Source: a virus. From it: a DNA stretch of 64,000 bases. A program made the translations under genes and the position numbers. The stretch is from the IMG/VR virus record IMGVR_UViG_3300021960_000018; one strand, 5' to 3'. This document shows positions 37,018-47,263 of this stretch, piece after piece (positions within the stretch are counted from its first letter, which is position 1; each line of letters begins with the position of its first letter). The notes beneath the pieces were generated by a model that saw only the letters and a list, made by a program, of their open reading frames with translations, did no database searches and had not been told where the DNA came from.

Positions 37018-37885
37018 TCATGAGATAGTTGTTATATCATATTTTGGTGAGTTAGAACTGTGTAAACTTCAATTGAAATCATTTGAGGCACATGTAGAAT
37101 CCACAACAATTAATATTATTGTAAACGAACCAGATGTGCAAAGATTTATCAATGGCGTTAAACCGGTTGTTGATAGAATGGTCAATCACAAGGTAGTTTT
37201 CTGGCCAGCAACAGATATAGCAACCTTTCCTCCAATTGAGCAGACAAGATATCTTCCTCGTAATGATCCATTTATGTCATGGGATAGTGCTGTAGAATGC
37301 ATAGACACACTTCATGCTGGATATGGCTGGGTCTTACAACAAGCTTTGAAATTACTGTTTGCGCTCAAGCACAATAAAGATTACGTTGTTTGTGATACTA
37401 AAGACATTTTTATGTATCCTTGTAGTGCTTATGAACTTGACACAAAACAATATGATGATTTTGGAACAGGGTGGGAAAAGAAAAGTTTATGGACTCATCC
37501 TTTTCAAAAAGACTATTATGAAGATGTTGCCAAAAGGTTTGGCGGAGATGTAGATAGAGATACAATCAACGATTATTTAACACCACAAGTCATTCGACAC
37601 GAAGCTGTTTATAAAATTATTGAGCACTTTGGATCAAAAGAAAAATTTATTGAATGGTTTATGTCGTACAAATTTATGTCAGAATTTATTATTCATGACT
37701 ATTGTGTAAAGATATTAGGTCTTCCTGAGAAGCGTAGACAGCCAAGCAATTTTATCACTTATGATCCTAAGGTTCCGTCTGATCATAAAGTTATCAAGTT
37801 TCATAGATCAATATATGAAAGACCGGGAACCAGACACCACTGGGATAATATAGAAAACTATATCAACGGATGTTTAAAATGGTAG
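37010..37885 (+). CDS. Glycosyltransferase-like (DUF6492-like) protein
   Basis: GWVLQQALKL, YVVCDTKDIF, SEFIIH. Confidence 0.55.
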   Translation: MVNHEIVVISYFGELELCKLQLKSFEAHVESTTINIIVNEPDVQRFINGVKPVVDRMVNHKVVFWPATDIATFPPIEQTRYLPRNDPFMSWDSAVECIDTLHAGYGWVLQQALKLLFALKHNKDYVVCDTKDIFMYPCSAYELDTKQYDDFGTGWEKKSLWTHPFQKDYYEDVAKRFGGDVDRDTINDYLTPQVIRHEAVYKIIEHFGSKEKFIEWFMSYKFMSEFIIHDYCVKILGLPEKRRQPSNFITYDPKVPSDHKVIKFHRSIYERPGTRHHWDNIENYINGCLKW

Positions 37886-38508
37886 AGTATACTACTGATC
37901 AAGAGATAGACCAAAGTTATAGATTTCTTGATGTAGCTTATCCTAAGGAAGATCTATTAAAAGATCTCAATTGGCATTTGACTAATAGTTACGCAGGAAC
38001 CTACACGCTATGTCCTGCACAAAGTTTTGTGCCGTGGAAAGAAAATGTTAAGTCAGAATTCTTCTTTGATTTGTATAGAAAGATAGAGAGTGTTTGGCCA
38101 CATGTAGATGAGCGATCAACTGGATACTATTATTACAAAGATGAGGGGATAGGTTTACAGCCGCACACTGATAAGCACGGAGATCATCCTGGTAAATATT
38201 ATACTTTACTGTTCCCCTTAGAAGGTCTTGGTATTCTTAGATTCTATAAAGAGAAAGAACACCTATTAAAGACTTCATATGTCGATCCGTTTTATAACAT
38301 ATATGATGATAATCCAGTTCAAGAGATAGGGTCTGTATTAATTGATAAACCCATGATATTTAATCCTACTGAAATTGTTCATGCGTTAGACATTGTTGAA
38401 CGAGAACGAAAGATCTTAATGATTAGATATCATAGTGCTCCTGATATAGATCAGTTTAAGATAATTTTTGAAGAGAGATGGAATGAAACTTTTAACGGTA
38501 ACGTGTGA
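37870..38508 (+). CDS. Fe(II)/2OG oxygenase-fold protein
   Basis: PHTD...VH...R..LMIR. Confidence 0.6.
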   Translation: MFKMVEYTTDQEIDQSYRFLDVAYPKEDLLKDLNWHLTNSYAGTYTLCPAQSFVPWKENVKSEFFFDLYRKIESVWPHVDERSTGYYYYKDEGIGLQPHTDKHGDHPGKYYTLLFPLEGLGILRFYKEKEHLLKTSYVDPFYNIYDDNPVQEIGSVLIDKPMIFNPTEIVHALDIVERERKILMIRYHSAPDIDQFKIIFEERWNETFNGNV

Positions 38509-39289
38509 AAGGGACTTAACTTGGTTTCTTATACAATGTGAAAGTATTCAAAAATATCTAGAACCATGCACACACTATGTTATCATAAATGAAAAACAAT
38601 ATGATTTGAATTTATGGAAACAAAGAATAGAAAAATATTATACAAACCACACTTTAGTTTTTCTTAATTATGATATTAGTAATTTAGAGATTGGTTGGAA
38701 ACATCCAGAATACAATCATCAATTTTTAGATTATGAAGGGTGGGTAACGCAAATGGCTTTAAAGTATTTGGCCTTTAAAGACATTCAAGATGATTATCTT
38801 ATTTTAGATTCTAAAAATTTTTTTATTAATCATACGTCATTAAACCATTTTAAAGATCAAATCGGATCTGGTCGGACCTGTACTCTTTTACCTTGGTGGG
38901 ATGAAACAGTAAAATGTTATTCAGATTATTTTGGAAAGACTCCTAAAAAGATTCATCTATCAATAGATACTCCGTTTGTATTTCATAAAGCAATTCTTGA
39001 TCGAATATCCGATTATGATAAATTTATTGAATGGTTTATTTCTCAATCGGTTATGCCTAGCGAATTTATATTATATAATTATCTAACATCCTTTTCGGAA
39101 GAAGATATATCAAGATACAAAACCTTTTGGGATCATGATCAATTGGAACAGTATAATTTATCCGATTTGAATAATTATCTTGTGGTAGGATTTCACAGAC
39201 AGGTTATTGGTAGAATAAGTAAATACAAGATTGATGAAATCAATCAATTCTTAAAATTAAAAGGTATACATGACACCGTTTTCGTATAG
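38468..39289 (+). CDS. Glycosyltransferase-like (DUF6492-like) protein, paralog of 37010-37885
   Basis: GWVTQMALK, YLILDSKNFF, TPF, SEFILY. Confidence 0.6.
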   Translation: MKRDGMKLLTVTCERDLTWFLIQCESIQKYLEPCTHYVIINEKQYDLNLWKQRIEKYYTNHTLVFLNYDISNLEIGWKHPEYNHQFLDYEGWVTQMALKYLAFKDIQDDYLILDSKNFFINHTSLNHFKDQIGSGRTCTLLPWWDETVKCYSDYFGKTPKKIHLSIDTPFVFHKAILDRISDYDKFIEWFISQSVMPSEFILYNYLTSFSEEDISRYKTFWDHDQLEQYNLSDLNNYLVVGFHRQVIGRISKYKIDEINQFLKLKGIHDTVFV

Positions 39290-39818
39290 GATACATAAGA
39301 ATCCATATGATGTAAATAAAATGTATGATGAAGCCATGGAAAGAAGGCTTAATCCAACTTACAACTTGAAGTTGGTAAAAGAGAGTTTATGGAATCATAA
39401 TTTTTGGTATGTAGAAGATAGAGAGAAATGGGAAACATTTAATAAGATTGCTCCGCTTACGAAGGCCATTGGATGGGATGGTCACGAATGGGATTATCAT
39501 GTTTGCTATTGGGAGTGGAACCCCGCAGATACGTTAGAGACTCATATTGATGATCCGGCTATAGGCAGAGGCAATCTTTTAGTTCCCATCATAGGTGAAA
39601 CCACCACTTACTTCTACGATATAGTTGATGAAAAAGATGTGGCAAAGCCTGGGGAATCAAGACCGTATAAAGAAATTGAAACCGATCCACGACAAAGTAC
39701 TTTTTCAATTACATATGGTCCAGGGGAAGTCCTAGAAATTGAAAACAGCATGTGGTATCACAGTGTACACCCTAAACAAGAATATAGATTACATATGCAA
39801 TTGAGGTTAGCATGGTAG
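39270..39818 (+). CDS. Fe(II)/2OG oxygenase-fold protein
   Basis: THID...YHSV...RLHMQL. Confidence 0.65.
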   Translation: MTPFSYRIHKNPYDVNKMYDEAMERRLNPTYNLKLVKESLWNHNFWYVEDREKWETFNKIAPLTKAIGWDGHEWDYHVCYWEWNPADTLETHIDDPAIGRGNLLVPIIGETTTYFYDIVDEKDVAKPGESRPYKEIETDPRQSTFSITYGPGEVLEIENSMWYHSVHPKQEYRLHMQLRLAW

Positions 39819-40246
39819 ATATTGAGAGAATCTTAGAAGAGCTAATAATTGTTCCTTCCGGTCTTCAGGTATGCCTGCAGGGGGTAGAAGGAATTGATGA
39901 TCCATTCTATGGCACTGGTAAACTTCAAAACGTAAATCATACAGAAGATATGTTTACAGTTCCATTGTTCGATATACCCTATACCAACTCAATTATTAAA
40001 CAGTTAGGTATGACTAGAACCCGAGTAATGAGAATGGCGCCGATCAGTTGTTATTCTTATCATCAAGATCCAACTCCTAGAATGCACATTCCATTAGTCA
40101 CTAATGATAATTGCTTTATGGTATTAGACGATAAAGTAGAACGATATCCAGCAGATGGAAACTACTATTTGGTAGACACTACTAAAAAACACACTTTTGT
40201 AAATGCATCATGGGAAGAGAGAATCCATCTTGTTGGATGTGTTTGA
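39812..40246 (+). CDS. Aspartyl/asparaginyl beta-hydroxylase-family oxygenase
   Basis: YHQD, RMHIPLVTN, HTFVN, RIHLV. Confidence 0.8.
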   Translation: MVDIERILEELIIVPSGLQVCLQGVEGIDDPFYGTGKLQNVNHTEDMFTVPLFDIPYTNSIIKQLGMTRTRVMRMAPISCYSYHQDPTPRMHIPLVTNDNCFMVLDDKVERYPADGNYYLVDTTKKHTFVNASWEERIHLVGCV

Positions 40247-40792
40247 ATATCTTACCTCATCAATGTAACTAATATCACCAGTGTAAAATATGTTCTGATA
40301 ACTATCTTTGTAGATCAATTCTACAGGATCTTTATACAATTCCCAGTCTGCAAATATATCTGGTCTGCCACGTTTTAATCTTTCAAAGAATTTACCAGAA
40401 CGATCTCTGCTCCATATAATTAGTGGATATTCTTTTCTTAGTATTTCCAAACTATATTTCAATTCTTTGAAGTCGTCTACCTTCTCTAAAGGTTTAGTAC
40501 CATCTGTTCGATAGTTAGGATAAGAATAATAACGACTAAACACTCTAACAACATTGTCAGATAATTTTTCACTACCACTGGCTAATATTGGCTGTTCACC
40601 GTCAAAGCATATATTGTATAGATGCATGCGATGCAGGTTCAATCTTTCTCTCGAGTAATTGACACCCAGCCTATCGTTTGCAGCAAATGTGGTTAAATCA
40701 TCAATAGCATTTTCACATCTAAACAAATCGTGATTTGTTAGATCGGGATTGATCTGTCCTTTATAGAAAAAAGTTAATAGCTCTATGTTCAT
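40208..40792 (-). CDS. Hypothetical protein, possibly GNAT-fold
   Basis: ILASG...VRVFSRYYSYPNYR pattern. Confidence 0.4.
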   Translation of the reverse strand: MNIELLTFFYKGQINPDLTNHDLFRCENAIDDLTTFAANDRLGVNYSRERLNLHRMHLYNICFDGEQPILASGSEKLSDNVVRVFSRYYSYPNYRTDGTKPLEKVDDFKELKYSLEILRKEYPLIIWSRDRSGKFFERLKRGRPDIFADWELYKDPVELIYKDSYQNIFYTGDISYIDEVRYSNTSNKMDSLFP

Positions 40793-41358
40793 TTGTAAAT
40801 GGCCTTAGACTGTATCTTTTGAAAAAATGCTTGGCCGTGTTCTATTTGAAACAATTTACACAATTGAGAACATGATGCAAAACTGTTGATGCCAAGCATC
40901 GGCCATTTTTTGGAATCATCATCTAACTCGAAAAAATAATCGTCAACGACTAGAATGCCATCTATCTTCAATAGCCTTTCCAATAAAAACAAAGCTCCTG
41001 CATTATCTGCAGCTGACTTTGCTGCATCCAAATATATGAAGTCGTATTGCTCTTCGTGGGGTAATTTGCCAATGGTTTCTAAAGCATCTCCTTTATAGTA
41101 TGTAATCTTATCTTCCCACTGCTTTACGTTGTGGTATAAGTTGTCTACATAGCTATGATGCAATTCATCAACAATGTCTAGTTTACCTTGATCGCCGACA
41201 AGATTCTCCAGAATCCATATAGTAGATCTGCCTTCATAACATCCAACTTCTAAACAATTTAAGTTAGTAGGAAGCTGAAGAGAAGACCAAACCTTTCCTC
41301 TATCATTGAAAAAATCATGAGTGAATTTGTACATCCAGAATTTCTCTCTTACCAGCAA
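40789..41358 (-). CDS. Class I SAM methyltransferase (Methyltransf_24-like)
   Basis: LEVGCYEGRS, YDFIYLD, GILVVDDY. Confidence 0.8.
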   Translation of the reverse strand: MLVREKFWMYKFTHDFFNDRGKVWSSLQLPTNLNCLEVGCYEGRSTIWILENLVGDQGKLDIVDELHHSYVDNLYHNVKQWEDKITYYKGDALETIGKLPHEEQYDFIYLDAAKSAADNAGALFLLERLLKIDGILVVDDYFFELDDDSKKWPMLGINSFASCSQLCKLFQIEHGQAFFQKIQSKAIYK

Positions 41359-41956
41359 ATATTTCTAAATCTAAAAAGATAGATCGTACATCATATGCTT
41401 TTTTATAAACATCAAACTCTTGCTGGATTGTATTCATTACTAGTCTTTTATCCCAGTGTCTTTGTTCTACACAGGGTTCTTGAATAAGAGCATTGGGGGA
41501 TTTATAGTATTCTGTAACAACCTTTGTAAAAAATTCAAAGTGATCATTAGGTCTATACAAGAGTACAGCACTGAACAATACCATGTCCACTGGAAAGTCA
41601 ACGATAAAAGATGCCTTATCATTCCAGCTTTCGTTTCTGAATTCGATGTTATTATAATCTTTCCATTTGTCTATAGCTAACGCAATTGGTTCAATAGAGG
41701 TGTCAAAGCCCATATATTGAAATTCAGTATATCCTCTTTCATAAAGAACATCTAAGACATTGCCTAATCTACAACCCACATCGACAATACCTTTACATTG
41801 TCTTTCGATAATAATATCGGCTTGTGCCTCAAATATGGGTCTGGCTTGCGGTGTATCCAAATAAGCCATAGAAGCAACATAGTAGTTTTCTTTTAGAGGA
41901 ACTTGGTGTCCATCTTGTATGTTTTCTAAATTGGGAAAAGGTACTACCAAAACCAA
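41315..41956 (-). CDS. Class I SAM methyltransferase
   Basis: IVDVGCRLG, YMGFD, FSAVLLY. Confidence 0.7.
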   Translation of the reverse strand: MVLVVPFPNLENIQDGHQVPLKENYYVASMAYLDTPQARPIFEAQADIIIERQCKGIVDVGCRLGNVLDVLYERGYTEFQYMGFDTSIEPIALAIDKWKDYNNIEFRNESWNDKASFIVDFPVDMVLFSAVLLYRPNDHFEFFTKVVTEYYKSPNALIQEPCVEQRHWDKRLVMNTIQQEFDVYKKAYDVRSIFLDLEIFAGKREILDVQIHS

Positions 41957-42474
41957 ACTCCCATGCTATATCTAACGCCATCTGATACTGGAGTTACCTT
42001 GTGTGGATATAAAAACATTGATGGGAAAATTATAGTATCTCCAATTTCCATATCGATTTTTTGTTCAAGAATATAAAATTCTCCGCCTTCAAAGTCTTTA
42101 TTTAATAACGTAACAGCACTTAAAACTGGTCTACAAATGTGATTTTTACAAAACGGAATGAATATATGATCTGCATGATTTTCAATTCCATGCCCTACGA
42201 CATATTTAACGAATATTGGTTTAGTGTTGCCAGAAATATTCGGGGAAATAACTGATAATGATTCAATGTATCGAGTATATTTCTCTTTTAATCCTTCCCA
42301 TTTTGTTTGAAGTTCTGTTATAAGATCTTTATCTTCTGTATGTCCATTAAGGGGATATATTGAACCATTATCTCTCAAGATCCCTTCAGATTCTATTTTT
42401 TTAATAATATTATTACATTCGTCTACGGTAAAATAGTTTTTAACCACATAAGAATAATCAATTAAGTTTTGCAT
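41944..42474 (-). CDS. 2OG-Fe(II) oxygenase (prolyl-hydroxylase-like)
   Basis: HAD, LNKDFEGGEF, FPSMFLYPHKV.PV..G.RYS. Confidence 0.88.
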   Translation of the reverse strand: MQNLIDYSYVVKNYFTVDECNNIIKKIESEGILRDNGSIYPLNGHTEDKDLITELQTKWEGLKEKYTRYIESLSVISPNISGNTKPIFVKYVVGHGIENHADHIFIPFCKNHICRPVLSAVTLLNKDFEGGEFYILEQKIDMEIGDTIIFPSMFLYPHKVTPVSDGVRYSMGVWFW

Positions 42475-43265
42475 ATCACACCGTAATCACTTGCAATTCG
42501 CCATTGAAGTCTTGGACCCATTACAGGTGTGCGTCTATGCAAAGTCATAAATTGATCCATTAAAAAAAGATCACCCTCAGCAAATACGTGATGCACTTGG
42601 TATTTGCTTTTGAAAATTTTAGGTTTTAATTTTGAGATCATTTCTTCATGATCAATTTTCTTTTTACCTTCCCATGCCCCAATAATAAAGTGATAAGGGA
42701 AATAAAAATAATCAACACCCGTATGAGGATGCTGACCAACTAATGGTCTAATACTACCTTTGTTCTTACTCATAAACTCAAGCTCTGGATCATCTTCATC
42801 TAGATGATACATTGTATCGTTTTGAAATTTTAATCTGATAGTAATTGATTTCCAATACTCTTGTTCGTCAGCACTCATATCGTAAAACGGCCGACTGGTA
42901 TTGCAAATGCTCAGCGTTGTATTAACATCCCCTTTGATACAATACAATCCAATAAGGATCTTATCAATGAGATGCCTACTGTTACCGTTGCTGTGCCATC
43001 CAAGCTCTCCATCACCAAACATACCAATCTTTTTGCCTTCTGAGTCTCTTTCTCCGGTGACAAAAAAGATTTCTGGGTAGTCTTTGTGATTCATGAATAA
43101 GCCAGGTGCTTCACATTCCCCAATACGTTTAAAGGTTGAAACATACTGCTGTTCATTTAATTCTTGGTCGTATAGTAATGCACAACCCTCGGTCATAACA
43201 TTATTAATTAATTCTTTTAATTCTTGATCATTGTAATTGTAAATCTGTGAGGTCATCGGTTCCAT
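42462..43265 (-). CDS. TauD/TfdA-family dioxygenase-like protein
   Basis: GWHSNG, PLVGQHPHTG, GDLFLMDQ..TLHRR, RLQWR. Confidence 0.75.
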   Translation of the reverse strand: MEPMTSQIYNYNDQELKELINNVMTEGCALLYDQELNEQQYVSTFKRIGECEAPGLFMNHKDYPEIFFVTGERDSEGKKIGMFGDGELGWHSNGNSRHLIDKILIGLYCIKGDVNTTLSICNTSRPFYDMSADEQEYWKSITIRLKFQNDTMYHLDEDDPELEFMSKNKGSIRPLVGQHPHTGVDYFYFPYHFIIGAWEGKKKIDHEEMISKLKPKIFKSKYQVHHVFAEGDLFLMDQFMTLHRRTPVMGPRLQWRIASDYGVICKT

Positions 43266-43848
43266 CCAAACTAAACATTAATGCAATTCTTGGTTTATCA
43301 CTCATATTCACTACAGCATGTGGATAACCAATATTTAAAAAGTAAGCGTTTCCGTCTTCTAAATTATATGCCTCTAATTTTCCATCACGTTTAAATAAGT
43401 TAACAACATTATTACCACCGTAGATTGGACAAATACATCTAACGGCATAATCGACATCATAGTCAACATGAAATGGAATTGTTTTGCCCGGAGCAAGTTT
43501 GGTAATACGAATTCTGCTAGCTTTAGCTTTCAATTGTGTGACAATCTTTTCAAAATAACTACCAGTATATTCTGGTGTAGGAACATTGTATAGATGTTCC
43601 TCTCTACGTCTAAGTCGTTCTTTAATACTGGCAGTGTAAGGCATTAGCTCACTGGGTTCAGTGAGATTAATCTGTTCAAAGTTATCATAAACGTTTTTTA
43701 CTAATTCCATGTGATTATCACACAGCATTGGGTTGGCAGATCTTACATCAGTATACTTGGATGCAAGTTGATCTGCAGCCTCTCTTAACAATTCTAGATC
43801 AATCTCTAGACCTAAGTTAGCATAAGTCGGTAAGTTATGTTTTTTCAT
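43228..43848 (-). CDS. Aspartyl/asparaginyl beta-hydroxylase-family oxygenase
   Basis: RITKLAPG..IPFHVD, PHAVVN, RIALM. Confidence 0.78.
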   Translation of the reverse strand: MKKHNLPTYANLGLEIDLELLREAADQLASKYTDVRSANPMLCDNHMELVKNVYDNFEQINLTEPSELMPYTASIKERLRRREEHLYNVPTPEYTGSYFEKIVTQLKAKASRIRITKLAPGKTIPFHVDYDVDYAVRCICPIYGGNNVVNLFKRDGKLEAYNLEDGNAYFLNIGYPHAVVNMSDKPRIALMFSLDGTDDLTDLQLQ

Positions 43849-44666
43849 TACTCAATTCCTGTTATACACAATCTTGCAATATCTCGATACCTACGACGTG
43901 TTTGATAATAATCATCAGTACTGGTACCTATAAAATAAGTATCGCTAGGATTTAAATCATATTTCCAACAAACTTGTTTTTGGGTTTCTTTATATCTATG
44001 ATACATTTCATCAACTGTGAATTTGTTCATTATAGCTTTCATAATAATAGCAGCAGAATAATTAAAACACTCAACCTTTTTTAGTGGATGTAAAGTAGGA
44101 TGAGGTTTTTTGGTATACACTAGTCCACATCTTTGACCGATCAATCCAAACCCCTTACTAAAGCTAAACATTACTTGTTCAGTATTCACAGGTGCAACTA
44201 TTCTTTTAATAGGGGTTGAAGAAATATAAGCGCAATCTAAAATGATAGGCACATCGATGTTATCAAATTCAAATATGTTTCCATCGTAGCATCTTGGATT
44301 ACTAATGTACAACACGTGATCTGGTAAAAGTTCTTCTACTTGCACGCCATTGCCAGATATCATTTGTGGCCACTGATACTCGCCTTCAAAATACTGCCAT
44401 GGTCTTCTATCACTCATTCTCCAATGATTAATAGCTTCTGTAGCTCCAGATGTAACATAGGCATAAGAAAAATCTGAAAGATCTATAATACTACTTACCC
44501 ATTTTCTGTGTAGATTAATAGTATCTTCTAGATCATAACTAGCAGCCCCAGTTCCTCTTTGATAATAGCTATCCGATATTCTTATGGAATTTAGAAGATC
44601 ATATACATCGGGCCAAATTGGAGATTGAACCCATTGACTATTTTTTAACAAAGAGCTTTTCTGCAA
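43848..44666 (-). CDS. PLP-dependent enzyme (aminotransferase class I/II fold)
   Basis: SGATEAI, ISNP, ILDCAY, SFSKGFGLIGQRCG. Confidence 0.8.
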   Translation of the reverse strand: MQKSSLLKNSQWVQSPIWPDVYDLLNSIRISDSYYQRGTGAASYDLEDTINLHRKWVSSIIDLSDFSYAYVTSGATEAINHWRMSDRRPWQYFEGEYQWPQMISGNGVQVEELLPDHVLYISNPRCYDGNIFEFDNIDVPIILDCAYISSTPIKRIVAPVNTEQVMFSFSKGFGLIGQRCGLVYTKKPHPTLHPLKKVECFNYSAAIIMKAIMNKFTVDEMYHRYKETQKQVCWKYDLNPSDTYFIGTSTDDYYQTRRRYRDIARLCITGIE

Positions 44667-45273
44667 GCCACCCTCCGGTATCCCATTTATGAAGTCTTAC
44701 ACGTCTCCAGTTGTCGTGATGATTTCTGTGAAAGCCTTCACCTGCTACAAAGAAGTTTAACCACCATTTATTAGATCCACCTTCATCGGAATGTCCATAA
44801 GTATTTAAAAGGCCAAAGCCCACCTTTGCAAATACAAATGGAATGGCCGCATACGCTAACCAAAAATATGGGCTGATCAAAAAACTAATAACATTGTGAG
44901 CCAGTAATAATTTTTTATGGTGGTTATGAAAGAAAACTAAACGTGGATTGCTATACAGATCCCTTGCATATTTCATGGGTATCTTGGGAACGTCCCAGGT
45001 TGTAGTCAATACCTTCCATCTACCAATGTATTGCCAAGCGTGGGGATCTTTTTCTGTATCACTATGCTGATGATGCATTCTGTGACTGGCTATCCACCCA
45101 ATAGGGGATCTAATATAAGCGACAGATAACATGAATAGGCCCATAACCTCAAACCACACAGGCACTTTAAACTGTCGGTGACAGTAATGACGATGTAATA
45201 AAATTGACGCTCCAAAATGAGATATAATCTGACTCCAGATTAATCCAATAATAATGATAAAAACTAATGTCAT
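44638..45273 (-). CDS. Membrane fatty-acid desaturase (delta-9/DesC-like)
   Basis: His boxes HRHYCH, HRMHH, GEGFHRNHH; SDTEKDPH. Confidence 0.9.
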   Translation of the reverse strand: MTLVFIIIIGLIWSQIISHFGASILLHRHYCHRQFKVPVWFEVMGLFMLSVAYIRSPIGWIASHRMHHQHSDTEKDPHAWQYIGRWKVLTTTWDVPKIPMKYARDLYSNPRLVFFHNHHKKLLLAHNVISFLISPYFWLAYAAIPFVFAKVGFGLLNTYGHSDEGGSNKWWLNFFVAGEGFHRNHHDNWRRVRLHKWDTGGWLAEKLFVKK

Positions 45274-45926
45274 CTGCCTGCTAGTGGGTTATCCAATGCC
45301 TCTTGTAATCTCATTTCAAGATCAGTTCTAAGGGTTCTCATATTAGTATCTATACGCTCCTCTGTATCCCGCATTGTATCACGTACGTCCTTTTCTGATT
45401 CGCGGATAGTCCCTTCGACTTCCCGAATAGAAGCAGTTACATCTTTTTCCTGCTGGTTCATGTCCGCGCGCACGCCCTCGAGAGTCGCTTCAATTGAGAC
45501 CTGTGTTGCTTTAATCCTTGCCTCTGCATCTTCTAAAGATTGACCTACGCGGATTTCTAGTTCTCGCATATCTCTTTCAACTCTATCGGTCGTCTGTTCA
45601 ATGCGTAGAATATCGTCTCTTAGGCCGTTTTTAATATCGCGCGTGTACGCGATCGCTTCTTCTAGTTTAATCTCTATTTCATTATTACGAGCTTCAATAG
45701 CATCAGTATCAATATTGGCAATGATTTCTTTCATCCCCATATAGTCATTATAGACTTGGAATGCACCATAAAGTCCGCCAATAATAGAACTGATAATAGC
45801 AAAGGCTGCACCAATTGTAGTCGGCGTTACAGTAATACCAAATACTTTCATTTTGGTATTTTTAAGATTTTCTATTTCTTCTTCGAACGCTTCTGTTAGT
45901 TCGCCTAAGTCTTTATCTTCTGCCAT
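45270..45926 (-). CDS. Membrane-anchored coiled-coil/apolipoprotein-like repeat protein
   Basis: One TM, then 11-residue amphipathic repeats; ends ALDNPLA. Confidence 0.7.
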   Translation of the reverse strand: MAEDKDLGELTEAFEEEIENLKNTKMKVFGITVTPTTIGAAFAIISSIIGGLYGAFQVYNDYMGMKEIIANIDTDAIEARNNEIEIKLEEAIAYTRDIKNGLRDDILRIEQTTDRVERDMRELEIRVGQSLEDAEARIKATQVSIEATLEGVRADMNQQEKDVTASIREVEGTIRESEKDVRDTMRDTEERIDTNMRTLRTDLEMRLQEALDNPLAGR

Positions 45927-45928
45927 TC

Positions 45929-46378
45929 TTACTCCTCGAACTGTAAAGCCCTGAGTGCTGAGATTTCTTCTTGCAGTTTTAAAATCTCCATTTGTCTTGC
46001 TTGTAGTTCTAATTCGAATAGTCTATTACAATCGATTCTTTCTTTAGGTTTAGCACCAAGCGGAATAACGATACGAGCAAATACACCAATATCAGCGAAA
46101 GGATCTAGATATTGATCATTGTAATACCAATCACCGTTATTAATAACGCCCATTACTCCGAACTCTAGATTAGTAGCCGAACCAATAGCATTAGCACATT
46201 CTAAGTCACCGGCTCTAATCCTATCTTGCATATTATTAGTAGAGGCTTGCGGCATGCTTAAGTTAATCGCACCGCTTTGATTCGGTAATAGATTTTGTGC
46301 TATAGCCGGATCAGGGAGATTACCTGATACGCAACCTGCAATAAACATTGGTAGGATTAAACCCAAATATTTCATCAC
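45929..46378 (-). CDS. Lipoprotein with Cys-bracketed beta hairpin and coiled-coil tail
   Basis: Lipobox IAGC; DLEC...FARIVIPLG...DCNRLFELEL. Confidence 0.65.
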   Translation of the reverse strand: MMKYLGLILPMFIAGCVSGNLPDPAIAQNLLPNQSGAINLSMPQASTNNMQDRIRAGDLECANAIGSATNLEFGVMGVINNGDWYYNDQYLDPFADIGVFARIVIPLGAKPKERIDCNRLFELELQARQMEILKLQEEISALRALQFEE

Positions 46379-46746
46379 TTTTCTCCATCAATCTTAGAAC
46401 AAATAAGAGAAGCTACATTAGTAATATTATCTGCCATAGATCTGGAACAAATATATGTAATTCGATTAATGTCAGATTTTCTAAAATATAGTTTTGCTTC
46501 TATCCCTTGCCCATATTCAAGCTTTACATATCGATCAAACGATGCAAATTCAATTGGTACCCAATCTTCAGTATAAACTTCGAATTGATATCTATCAGCA
46601 TCTTCCCTACGATTAAATAGTTCTACTGTACTCATATAAATGTTATTATATGGGGTAGGAATAATCTTAAAATAGGTAGGTGTCATTTCATGAGCTGCAG
46701 CACCAGTAGAAAACATTAGTGCTGCAGCTAATAATAATTTTTTCAT
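46375..46746 (-). CDS. Secreted PapD-like (pilus chaperone N-domain-like) protein
   Basis: Signal peptide; HEMTPTY...VELFNRRE..RYQFEV; C-terminal Cys pair. Confidence 0.5.
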   Translation of the reverse strand: MKKLLLAAALMFSTGAAAHEMTPTYFKIIPTPYNNIYMSTVELFNRREDADRYQFEVYTEDWVPIEFASFDRYVKLEYGQGIEAKLYFRKSDINRITYICSRSMADNITNVASLICSKIDGEK

Positions 46747-46759
46747 CTTATAAGTTCCC

Positions 46760-47263
46760 TTACTGGGCGATGCACTCCGCCGTTACAATGGCCACATAGT
46801 TACCAGCAGGAAATGCTTTATCATAACCATAATTGGCTGTTGATGTTACTTTAAACCAAACCGTTCCAGCTTCAGTTAGATCGAATTCAGTCGTATTATT
46901 ATATTCAATTTTATTTGTATCGTAAGCCGACATAGCAGCATCTGTTACTTCGGCAACCTCGACTTCGCCAGTCCAAGTTACTGTATCAGATAGAGATGGC
47001 GAGCTTTGGAATTCATTTGGCCAAGAAATTTTGGCGACATATGAATCTGCCAAAGCAACATCATATCTGATCTTTGGCATTACACCACCATCTGTAGTAA
47101 CAGTAGTTAGTTCGTCTGGTGTTGGCTGTGCGTAAACACCATTGATATCTGTATGGATTGTACATTTAGATTGTACAGTTCCATAAATTGGGCTGTTATT
47201 AGCTGAAGCGGTGAGTGTTGACCCAGCCAAAACAGCAGTAACAGCAAAAACTTTTTTGAACAT
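46760..47263 (-). CDS. Secreted fimbrial-subunit-like protein
   Basis: Signal peptide; IYGTVQSKCTI near the N-terminus; FPAGNYVAIVTAEC at the C-terminus. Confidence 0.55.
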   Translation of the reverse strand: MFKKVFAVTAVLAGSTLTASANNSPIYGTVQSKCTIHTDINGVYAQPTPDELTTVTTDGGVMPKIRYDVALADSYVAKISWPNEFQSSPSLSDTVTWTGEVEVAEVTDAAMSAYDTNKIEYNNTTEFDLTEAGTVWFKVTSTANYGYDKAFPAGNYVAIVTAECIAQ

